Positions 50,201-60,367 of a DNA stretch of 64,000 nucleotides are shown here, one piece after another (position 1 is the first letter of the stretch; the number at the start of each line of letters is the position of its first letter). The notes under the pieces are model-generated. The model was not told the origin of the DNA. It saw only the letters and a list, made by a program, of their open reading frames with translations, and made no database searches. The position numbers were made by a program, and so were the translations under genes. Source of the DNA: Perkinsus chesapeaki ATCC PRA-425 (Eukaryota > Protista > Perkinsozoa); the NCBI GenBank assembly GCA_013115145.1, contig JAAPAO010000072.1, forward strand, positions 26,962 to 90,961, in the 5' to 3' direction.

Positions 50201-50302
50201 ACCATTACATCTCCTCAAAGCCACCATACACCTATCCAACGGCTGACCTAATGATGCTGAAAGATACTCCGCCGATGACGAGTCATCCGAGGAACTAGGC
50301 AT
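44221..50302 (-). CDS. SOL/CAPN15-type calpain with an N-terminal UBA domain and a RanBP2-type zinc finger, multi-exon
   Basis: UBA-like ALRRCNGNMEAAAAYL; WTCQECHFNGN; catalytic Cys DDIRQG|ALGNCWF; VIVDDTFP; IEKAAAKLFGCYEAL; His/Asn HAYSIMDVREVGENRLLLLRNPWG; WNGDWS; FWMSWED; SOL-like C-terminal domain. Confidence 0.88.
44302..44358 (-). other. 57-nt terminal calpain intron ending in a tRNA 3' end (sense)
   Basis: GTGAGCAGCAGCAGCAGGAACACTCCCGGGTTCGAATCCGACAGATGTCATTTTTAG; read-through ends on an in-frame TAG. Confidence 0.75.
46168..47601 (-). other. 1434-nt intron in the calpain catalytic domain (probable insertion)
   Basis: Phase-2 join SHEAG|YLLGVAC is needed to link the Cys-bearing and His/Asn-bearing halves. 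Confidence 0.8.
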
Positions 50303-50548
50303 CTTAAAGAAAAAAACTGATAGCGCTAGCCAAAGATACGGTCCATTTGTCATCCATCCTTCTTGGAAATTCCTATAGAATTGTTAAGAGTCCAGTGGAC
50401 TCAGTCCACTTTCCGTCCAGATTTTCGACCCCCAACAAAACCGCTTGCTTGGCCGCATCACCGGCCAGACCTGAGCCATTCGATGAAGCTGAACTCCCGC
50501 TCATATTAGCCACTCCAACACAAGATGGTTCGCAGCAACAACATGAAT

Positions 50549-51810
50549 TTATTTTTGTGAGGATTCTGATTTTTCTAAATGTTTCCGCATTAGCTCTCTG
50601 GTGGCATGATCGGCTCGTCGGACTGGTTCGGGGACTCTAGAATTGTTACTGCAACATTCAAGACAGATATCAATGGCTGATGGTAGGGATATTTTATGCC
50701 CAATAGAAACGTATCTAATAAGTAACGCACTGTAAAGATCCTGATAACGTTGGGATTTTAGAAAAAGTGAATCTAATGGATATCGCACTATAAAGAAAAA
50801 AGGTATCTAATGGATAGCGCACTATGAAGAAAAAGGGTGTCTAATGGATAGCGCACTATGAAGAAAAAGGGTGTCTAATGGATAGCGCACTATAAATGTT
50901 TTATCCAGAAGAACAAGCCTATGGTTTATTACACTGGATTAATTGCATCATCTGACGACCGCACTGCAGCACCGTGAATAAAACCTGACCACTGAAATCA
51001 CCCAGGCCTGCACGATGGCATACCATCCTCCGAATCTTCAATATAGAAATGATCCCCCATTTGATGAAGCTCCCTATGAGCTCGAGACCTGGCATCATCT
51101 CTTGATGGTAAAGTTGGCATTGAGTAGTAATTCTTAGCCACTCCGATGGAAGGGACCTGATAGAGATGATCAAGGCGAACAAGGAAAACATAGAAAAAGG
51201 TTATGTTGTGTGGGAGCTCCGCCTTAGTCAAGTTTATTGGAGAGGTATGGTATGGACTAATCCAATGCTGAATTTACCAGTGTAAACGAAATACTGTATT
51301 CCAGCAAGTGGCGGTATCCTTCTTACATTAGCAATAACTCCAAGATGGCATGCAGCACCGCATCGTCGGGGATGAAAGATACCATTACCATCCACCATGA
51401 TGAGATCCAATCGTTGAGTACTTGGAACACGGTTTAAGAGTTTAATCATTGGTTGGAACTCTCGAAATGCGAGAAACCCTGGCACATATGGCTGGGTGAG
51501 ATCGACTGTTATATAGTCCTCATAAACGGTTGATAGGGTAGATACTTCAATGATTACTAGACCCTGAGAAAGATACAAAGCTAGGTCGAGTGGGGGCAAC
51601 TGGGAAAAGTGCTACCGCCACGCAGAAATCTTCATGGAAAGTCGGGTCAGATGTTATATCGAGGCCGCCAACGAACTCGCACTGAAAAGATTTCTTTGAG
51701 GTTAGAAAGTCGACCCCCGCAGTTAGCACTTGGAAATCATCGTCTTCATGTGTTATTATTTTATTGCGAATCTCCTCTTGCTCTTCAACCCAATGAGAAG
51801 GAACATTCAT
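50549..51810 (-). CDS. ENDOV: Endonuclease V, multi-exon
   Basis: VGGLDI, PYVPGFLAFRE, IMVDGNGIFHPRRCGAACHLGV, IGVAKN, NP|VYVSIGHKISL, RVPEPVRRAD. Confidence 0.93.
50773..50894. repeat. Intronic 34-bp minisatellite, about 3.6 copies, inside ENDOV intron 50715-50932
   Basis: CTAATGGATAGCGCACTATGAAGAAAAAGGGTGT unit. Confidence 0.9.
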
Positions 51811-51852
51811 ATTCAAATAAGGATAACGAATCCGATAATAACGAGAATAATT

Positions 51853-51922
51853 ACTCTAACCTCGGATCGAACACACGACCTTTCGTATCACAGTCCGCTG
51901 TCTCCCTCGCTGGACTGCACGC
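51853..51922 (-). pseudogene. Degenerate tRNA relic upstream of ENDOV
   Basis: ...ACTGTGATACGAAAGGTCGTGTGTTCGATCCGAGGTTAG; closely resembles the CDPK intron element at 54330. Confidence 0.55.
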
Positions 51923-53119
51923 ATGTGATTTAAGTATTTCACAATTTTGGTCCCTCTTGTAATCTTTTTCCTTCCCCGGATATATTCCGACACTCACTTC
52001 ATAGACTACTCAAATACAAACAGTCGATTCCAGAATAAACATTTTGTAGACTCGGCTGCCTGCTTCATTCACCACCTTAACCTTGCCAGGTATGTTGTAT
52101 TTACCATTAACATTTAGGGAAATCTTAGGCGAGCTTTTCGCTGTCAATAATTTCGCGTTCCCCAAAAACCTCCATCAGGAGTCTATATCGTCTGAGTCAT
52201 AGAAGGGAACTATTCCCGAGAGGAGGGTATCTGATGTTTTCTTTTGCTCTATGAGCATGTTTCCTATCAATATCTACTCGCTTCATCGGATGAAGCGTCA
52301 CAGAAATGTGTTTCTTAGAGGATGAAGTTCACCCCCTAAACCGATTAGCATATTTTCTACTCGTAAAGGAGATCTGGTTATGAATGTTCTATTTGTATAT
52401 AGTTTTATGAAGCCATTCTCATTTGTATACCGTAAATCCAGTTATCGTCCATTAGACCAAAGAGTGAGCTTTGGCAGCACCAGTGAAGGGTCCACTAGAG
52501 CTGGTAGAGATCATTGCAAGTAAGCCTACCGTCATATCTATTGGAGCAAGTGATCTATTTAGGTTCGGATGTGGTAGGCCATGTGCTCAGGGATTCACAG
52601 CCAGTCTCGAAAGGTAGCAGCAATAACAGCGGATACTTCACATACTTCCCCTGTAGACTTCCTACGGGCATTCATTTTCCCCTTTTCATTATTTTTATGG
52701 GTTCGTTATTTCCTGCATTAAACGTTTCTCCCTTGCTTTCCCTTGGCACCATAAGGACGTTGTATTATTTAGTATTTTATAATACTCTTATTAACAATAT
52801 TAATTATGACGTTCAAACATTTATAATACTTTACCTACCTCTCACTATTCTACACCACATCAGGACGTCCCCATCCGAAAATACCTGTTATTCCGTACAA
52901 TTGTCCTTAAAGGCCAATTTCAACAAAATCCCTTAGTCGTACCGAAAAACCGTCTTTGCTGGAAAAATCGGCCGGAATTTTCCGATTTCTCGCCCACTTG
53001 TGAAGGTTGACATATACAAACCGTATACCGGTTCTTACGTTCGATTACACTTCATGGCCGATTGATAGATCTGTTGAACGATAAAAGTATAGTACTACGA
53101 CGTTACTCCTTGTTATTGT

Positions 53120-56100
53120 AGATACGATGTGTGTTGTTGGGGGTGTGCTCAGACCAACGGGAAGGGTCCGCATGATCCTCTGTGTAATGTTGTAGAAAAT
53201 ACGATAGAAGTAGGTCTCCGGTTCGGACCCTGGCTGGGGTATTTTTAAACAGGCACCGTCTGTTTCCACAGCCCTTGGTGGCCCTAGTGGATCGGCCTTG
53301 GAGATTGAGGAACGTCTTAAGGAGTTGGCTCGGGAACCTCCTATGGGAGTCGAGGCTCTTCCACAGGAAGGGGGTCTCAATGAGAATGATATGCGCAAAT
53401 TGGTGAGGCTTGACGGAGAGAGTGGTATGAGGTTAAGGTGCAGGTTGACAGGATCTCCGAAGCGGTGGCGGTTAACAATATATCCGATAAGAATCTTCTC
53501 ATCTTGTTTACTCGTTTTTGTGACCAACAGACCGGTGAGTTTCGCACTATGAAGATTTTTAAAAGCGTATCTTTTAGGTTTGATAACCCGTAATGAGTAT
53601 CCTTCATTTTGGCGAGCATTGTTAAGGTTCCTGCGTAAATCGCTTAAACGGCACACACCGAAACTTCGGGTTAAAAATGCCGCTCGTGGGGATCGAACTC
53701 GCGTCATATTCCCAGGTCCACCGTGCCTTTCATGTCCTTCGTAACAACTCCTCTGGAGGTGTCAGAAAAGTAAAGGCCATGGGTTCAATCCCGAGCGTCG
53801 GGAATTCTTCAGGTATATAATTTCTTAGAGACAGTCGGCCGAGGAAGCTTCGGTGTAGTTCATAAAGTAGTACACAGAAAAAGTGAACAGGTATAAATCT
53901 TGCAAATCTTGCATTTCCTCAACGCTATTCCAGCTCCGGGTGTGCAAAAGTGTTGACAAAGCGAAGTCGTCGGTGCCGCTGTCCCAACTCGAGGAGGAGA
54001 TTAAAATAATATCGCAATTGGATCATCCAAATGTTATTAAAATATACGAATATTTTGAGGATCCAAAGTAGGGTATACCCCAATTTTGAGAGAGTTTGCG
54101 GAGAGAGCGGTATAGGCATATCCATTTGATAATGGAAGCCTGTTGGGGTGGCGAGCTCTTGTCGGTTATACAGAAAGCAGTTAACAAGGGAGTGTGCCCT
54201 CCTGCGGCTTTTATTGCAGATGTAGGGTGAGGGGGAATTTCGTGGCGCGGTGACTATTTGGTATAGGTTACGAGGGAAGTACTTACAGCGTTGTCATTTA
54301 TGCATAATCAGGGAGTAGTTCATAAGGTGAGACTTTCATGCGAAAGGTCGTGGGTTCGAATCCCATGCCTGTCATCTCTCGATGGAGACAGTTTTTGTGT
54401 CGAATGCAGCAGCTTGTAGGATTTAAAGCCCGAAAATATATTATTTGTCGACATGTCAGCGGAGCGATGTATGTATCCTGGAGGTCCCCCCAGAGCCTCA
54501 GGTTTGGAGGAAGTGTCGGTATGAGATTTACGCTCCTCCTTCATAGGCAACGTTAAAGTTATCGATTTTGGTCTGGCTGAGTTGTTTGCCAGAGACAGTG
54601 ATAAAAGCATGAATGTGAGGAGAGAGAGAGAGAGAGAGCGGTATGCACGCATGCGCATGTATCTTAGGTCGCCGGTACCGCCTTCTATATGGCACCTGAG
54701 ATCTTTAGGCCGCCATTTGATTACAAATGTGACATTTGGAGTCTTGGTATTGTCGTGTAAGATGGAGGTTGATTCGATGACATCTATCACTGAGAAGGTA
54801 TCTTATGCTCACTGGATATCTGCCATTTTTCGGGTCTAGTGTGAGTGAGGTTAAATCTAATGTAATATAAGGGAAGGGCTATTCCTATTACACATCGAAC
54901 ACATCTCCTCCCGTTTAGTACGTCTAGTGTCTGCATCATGTCCAATGCTGAGTTACCCTACCTACTACGTTGGAGAGAAACCTTTCAACCACTTCCACAA
55001 ACTGCCCTTTATCAAGCCTCATCAGTAAAGACCATCCCTGGCTTATCCTTGTTGGTGTGGCAATCTCTGCGGGGTTACCCTCAACAGTAGAGCCCGATGG
55101 ACACTTGAACCTCGAATACCCGTACACTGTCATTCCGTACACTTTGCTGAAATGAGTCGAGTAGACTGCGTTAGCCGTAGACGTGATAGAAGTGATTGAA
55201 AGAAGTATGTCAGGTTTTATATAAGAGGGTTCAATGGCCCGATTATATTTGTAACTCCACGCGGCGGCTTCGGGTTCCAAAAGCGGCTAAGGATTTGGTA
55301 TCCTGTGAAGTTGATTTGAGATTTACTCACATAATAGGTGGAGAGAATGCTGGTTAAAGATCCTGAGCTTAGAGAGGGGGCATCGGAGCTGTTGAAGCAT
55401 CCATGGTTCGATAAAGCATCCTCGAATGGGTCGGGTGGATGGAAGAGTGTAAGGCTGGATGGGCGTCATAGGCCGCCGACATCAGGCGGGCCAGGAGGAT
55501 CTCATACGGTATCTTATTGGGTAGAGAGACGTAGTCCTTATTAGACTCTCCATTGAGCATCTTCATATGAGTGTGTGCAGAAGATGAGGGTGTTGGTTAG
55601 GTTATTAAACTACTATCGGGTGGAGTGGTGGATTGTATGTGCTATTATGCCAGACAAGATGAACTTAAGAAGGCTGTTGTTAACTTAATAGCACATCAAT
55701 GGTCATTTGAAGAACAGGAAAATGTAGTAGGAGTTGGGGGGAATATAGGAGCTGCCTTGTTCATTCGGGATACGCAACCCATGACCGGTTTTACTGACCT
55801 GGAAAGAAGGTCTATAAATGTGGTCGAGTCGAATTAAGTACTGAAGCGGGACCAGACTCCATAGTCAGAGGGACTCCTTCTTTTAGTCATTATTGATGCT
55901 TAGATGTGGGCAAACTGTGGTATGGCAGGTCAGGAATCTCTTTACTGGTCTGGATTTGGATTCGGAAGGTTGTCTACCGGTAACAAGAATGGCTGAAGCG
56001 CTGCAGCAATGCCAAGTTAAAATGAATCCCTCGGATGCGCGGAGAATAGCCTCTGCCATGGATAGAACCGGGGATGGTTGGTGAATGAACTAAAGTCTTA

Positions 56101-56627
56101 TCCAGCTCCGCTATTTTAGGGTATATTGGATACACAGAGTTTGTAGCAGCTTGCATTATCCGTGAGTATGAAGTAGCATTTGAATCTGCCAGACTGCCCA
56201 TCCAGGGCGGCTTCAACGTGAAGAGGGTGTCATCAAAGCAGCGTATCGTTCCTTCACTCCATCCAAGCCGACTATTGGGATGAGTAATGCACTGAAGGCC
56301 CCAACTGTACAGGAAGTCGCTGAGGCTCTTTGGGAAGTGCTCGCTGGGGAAAGGTAGATAGGAGCCCAGTGATGGAAGAGGGCACACTACGGTTTGCTCA
56401 GATGTGCATTGACTGACTATTCGGATGAGCCAGATGACAGGCGAGCGAGTAGGGTTAGCTTTATGGTGGGGTAGCGAGAGGAGCCTTCAGGAGCGGTGCC
56501 TGCTCGACCACGAATGTTGGATGTTTCAATGGAAAGGTTTAAAGGATGGATTGAAGAGATGGACGCTAATAATGATGGCTATATCAGCTTTGAGGACTTT
56601 AGACTATGGCTGGCTGGTCAGCAATGA
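53120..56627 (+). CDS. CDPK: Calcium-dependent protein kinase with an N-terminal extension (EF-hand-like) and C-terminal EF hands, multi-exon; start uncertain
   Basis: [33 protein letters not shown]|[43 protein letters not shown]; EF loops [28 protein letters not shown]. Confidence 0.92.
53210..53252 (+). other. 43-nt intron consisting of a tRNA 3' half (sense)
   Basis: GTAGGTCTCCGGTTCGGACCCTGGCTGGGGTATTTTTAAACAG; phase-0 join ENTIE|APSV. Confidence 0.75.
53670..53715 (+). other. 46-nt intron consisting of an antisense tRNA 3' end
   Basis: Reverse complement reads ...GCGAGTTCGATCCCCACGAGCGGCATTTTTAAC; join TPKLR|[11 protein letters not shown], and read-through hits a stop. Confidence 0.8.
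53770..53812 (+). other. 43-nt intron consisting of a tRNA 3' half (sense)
   Basis: GTAAAGGCCATGGGTTCAATCCCGAGCGTCGGGAATTCTTCAG; phase-0 join GGVRK|[14 protein letters not shown]. Confidence 0.85.
54327..54419 (+). other. 93-nt intron starting with a tRNA anticodon-loop-to-3'-end fragment (sense)
   Basis: GTGAGACTTTCATGCGAAAGGTCGTGGGTTCGAATCCCATGCCTGTCA...; splits the kinase catalytic loop HK|DLKPEN. Confidence 0.9.
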
Positions 56628-56784
56628 GAATCTTTAGCTCAGCCATGCATGATACATAATAGCTTCCTACTATGAATGCGACTCTTAATGCATGTGGCAC
56701 GTATGGTTTCCTTCCATTTATATATTGTGTTTTTCTATCAGTTCACTTAACTCTTTCCAAGTTTTTCCGTTTCTACGTCTATTC

Positions 56785-58168
56785 ATGTCCGAGAGGCAGT
56801 TGTCGTCCCCCCTGGATGTGGCATCGACTACGTCAACCTCATCAACCTCAACACCTCCATCCACCAAAACAACAACACCACACTCGCTCGAGCTCGATAT
56901 CGATCGGCTCAGTCTTTGGGAGCGCTTTGCTATCGATGTAAGGCTTCTTCTGCCACGTATCTTCATTAATCTATTTCAATATTCTTTTACTTCACTATCA
57001 CCTTTTGCTTCTCATCTGCCCTCTCTGAGGTGAGACAAGTTTAGGTATTGCTCACAATGTTTCCCTTATTCCCTCTCTCTTTTTCTATCAGATTCTTCGT
57101 CGAGGCAATGTGCCGGAGCATGTTGCATTTATCATGGATGGTAACAGAAGATACGCAACATCACATCACCTTCCTAAAGTACAGGGTCATCGATATGGAT
57201 ATGAAAAGCTCATACAGGTTCTTTGAAATAGGTATCTTTTCGCACTGTGAAGATTTTGTTAGGTTTTGAAATGGTGTCTGCATCTTGGTGTTAAATACGT
57301 GTCGGCATATACCTTTAGTGTTGATAATTTCAATCGTTCTCGAGAAGAAGTCACCTATTTGATGGACTTGGCCAGCAGCAAGTTTGCTGAGTTAGGCCAG
57401 CATAACGGCTTTTTGGTAGGGTATCTGAGCTTCATGCGTGCACGATACGGCGTAAGTCAATATAAGACCCATATTTTTAGGAGCGGCATGGTATATGCGT
57501 AAAGTTTTGGGGCGACTTGTCCTTACTACCAGCGGATATCCATGAAAAGTGTATCGCTCTAGAGGCGAAGTCGAGCAAGTATCCTGCCAAAGGTGAGCAT
57601 CTGCTTCGCTCCGCCTGATGTGTTGTCATTTTTAGCAACGTTGAATTTGCTATTCTCCTATTCGAGTAAGTTAGAGATTTCACAGGCTGTTGACAAAGCC
57701 GTAGCGGCCAAGAAGGAACAACAACGACAAGAAGAAGAGTGCACACAAAGTAGACAGCATGTGCATGCGTGCAATATTCCATTTCTAGGTGATGCCATAA
57801 CGTGGAGTGATATCTCAAAACACCTCTACAGCGCCGGAACCCCTCCACCTGATTTAATACTCCGTACGAGGACAATGCCAAACCTTTGTTTCGTATTATT
57901 ATTATTTTAGGTACATCTGGTGAAACTCGACTGTCTGATTTTTTGCTTTGGCAGATTACAGAAGATACTCTCATTTGCTTTACGAAACCAAACTGGCCGG
58001 ACATGACACTCCTCGATTTCGCACGGTAGGGCCTCGGCGGTGGAGGCGGTGGAGCAGCTATCCAGCACGCGTCTCGGGCTACGCCACATACTGTCTATCA
58101 GGTGTCTGATGGAATACAACACGTTCAAGTCGTCGTCACGTTTGCGGCTGCATCATCATCGAGATTGA
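56785..58168 (+). CDS. DHDDS: cis-prenyltransferase (dehydrodolichyl diphosphate synthase-like), multi-exon
   Basis: PEHVAFIMDGNRRYA, GH..GYEKL, VSAYTFSVDNFNRSREEV..LMDL, DLILRT|SGETRLSDFLLWQ, WPD. Confidence 0.93.
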
Positions 58169-58334
58169 CTTCTCCTGTGGCTGGTGTTAATACTATCATT
58201 ATACGATTCAACATTGCCGTTTCTTCTACGAAAACTGAACTATTTGTGTTGTTATGATGTGACACGGGCGCGCGCCATCAGTGTGACGTCACCGGTCTCC
58301 TTGGCTCTTCCGTCTCGTTCATTGTTCAATAGTA

Positions 58335-58795
58335 ATGTCTATCCCTCCCGAGAACCCGCATGCCTATCCCACTGCCCCACCACCTGTGGTGATGGGACAA
58401 CCTTATCAAGCCCAACAACAACCACCACCACAACAGCAGCAGCAGCAAGCCAGCAGCCCAAAGCCAGCAGTGTATACTCAGCCACCACCGGCAATGATAT
58501 ACATGCCTTGTTTTGGGGACGATCCTGTACGGTTAACATGTCCATCTTGCCGTGCCACTGTTATTACCAATGTTCAACATAACATGTCATGCGGTAGGCT
58601 GCTTGCTGCTGCTGTGGGTATCATCCCCTCTTTGTATTCTTCATGTCAGGTACATGGTTATGTGTTCTTTTGGTATTCCTCATCTTCTGGCCACTTGCAT
58701 GGCTGCCGTGTTGTATTGATTCTTGTAAGCAGGCCGATCACAGTTGTCCGAATTGCGGGTGTAGAGTCGGCCGAAAAGTCTTTATTACTAGCTAA
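58335..58795 (+). CDS. LITAF-like zinc-ribbon membrane protein, copy 1 (2 exons)
   Basis: P/Q-rich N-terminus, PVRLTCPSC...CG|TW-hydrophobic-HSCPNC...KVFITS*. Confidence 0.88.
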
Positions 58796-59008
58796 TACTT
58801 AAGATTCCTACATTTGGAACACTCCTATTATCGTTATTACCGGCCGAGGCTGGTATCGTCATCGGTGAATGTACGACTTTTTTGTACCCTTCCCTCAATC
58901 TCATTAAACATCCATTACAGCAGGCATTGCGTTGTGATGCAGTTCACGCAAGGATCATGCGCATGCGTGCAGAATGTTGTTTGGCGTTGTAGTGATATCC
59001 TATTTTTA

Positions 59009-59367
59009 ATGTCCGAAGCTACTAGAGTTGTCGTGGGTCAGCCTGTTGTATTCCACAACTCCCCGCCAGTGGTAGTGGTAACCCACGAGTTCGGCCACGA
59101 TCCGATGGTCGTCACATGTCCGAGGTGTCATTGTAAGGTCATCACCAGTGTTAGCCACGACATCACCTGCGGTAAGGTTCGATTACTATCTCTTCCAATA
59201 TTAAAATGTCCGTATCGTCAGGCACATGGATTTGCAGCGGTATTATATGTGTCTTTTGCATTTTCCTTTTCTGGTTGCCATTCCTCATAAAACAATGCCA
59301 AGAGGCTCGTCACACATGCCCCAATTGTGGCTTCGAGATCGGCAAGAAAGTTTTTATTACTTCATAA
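59009..59367 (+). CDS. LITAF-like protein, copy 2 (2 exons)
   Basis: PMVVTCPRC...CG|TW...HTCPNC...KVFITS*. Confidence 0.88.
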
Positions 59368-59466
59368 GGTTCCTGACGTATTTTAATCAACCATAGAGTA
59401 ATTTCAGTTGTCTGAGTTTGGTGTTGGAGATCTGAGAATGCATTCTAATAGCTTTTGTGAATCCAA

Positions 59467-59851
59467 ATGGACAAGGAAGATACTAAACCAGCCACTGCGC
59501 AGCCAGCTGTGATCGGTCACCCTGTGGAGGCCAGGGCTGGGCCTCCTCCCCCGGCAGCTGTTGTCTTCATGCCGGATTTCGGTGATGATCCGGTCACTTT
59601 AGACTGCCCAAATTGCAGGCATAAGATTATATCTAATGTATCGCATGAATCCAAATGTGGTAAGTATACCCTGTTTACGTAATTCTTATTAGATCACATC
59701 ATCAGGTACATACATCTGCTGCGGGCTCCTCTGTCTGCTATTCTGGCCGCTCTTTTGGTTACCATTCTGCTGTGATGGATGCCAAGAGGCGCGTCATACC
59801 TGCCCAAGTTGTGGATATCAACTAGGGAAGAAAGTTTTCATCACCTCGTAG
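59467..59851 (+). CDS. LITAF-like protein, copy 3 (2 exons)
   Basis: PVTLDCPNC...CG|TY...HTCPSC...KVFITS*. Confidence 0.88.
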
Positions 59852-60367
59852 CTCGGCTTTCAGCCATAAAGAGATTTATAGTTTTTATTATCGTCTCACA
59901 GCAGCTCGTTGGCCTTGCGTTACCAAAAGTAACCTTTGAACATTAACGTATCAATAGAGTACATTAAAGTGATAAAACAACCATCCAAGTTTATAATCAG
60001 AAAGGTTGGCTCTGTCATCTTACGTGGCCATAGTATGCCTTGGCGAACACTAGCATAGAGGTAGCAGGAATACTTTAACATGTGTCGATTGGAAAGATTC
60101 CTCTGTAAACCTCGGTGTCGCTGACCTCTACGGACGCTAAGAGCGGCAAATTATGAGTCATTATCATCTAGCCAGTTAGAGTTGTAGAATCTAGCCTACA
60201 ACTGATGGAGATTAGGCCATGGAACGAGTTAAACCAACATGATAAAACTCTTCGCCATGTTATAGAGAAGATTTAACAGGTTGTTTGACCCATTCCCTAA
60301 CTAGGCACGACGTCGTTGTCAGTCTGGCTCTATTCGGCCGTTTGCGGTGTTGAGGATCACGCGCCGA

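Noticed and set aside
50773-50894. Possible CRISPR-like array
   Set aside because: No unique spacers; it is a direct minisatellite in a eukaryotic intron.
50549-51922. Functional link between endonuclease V (cleaves inosine-containing RNA, including tRNA) and the tRNA fragments
   Set aside because: Adjacency is uninformative in a eukaryote, and the fragment 5' ends are not consistently at the wobble position.
52000-52936. Fragments of a possible small minus-strand gene, and plus ORF 52514..52936
   Set aside because: No consistent exon chain could be built.
54621-54640. (GA)n microsatellite in a CDPK intron, and many (GCA)n/(TCA)n runs across the window
   Set aside because: Ordinary simple repeats.
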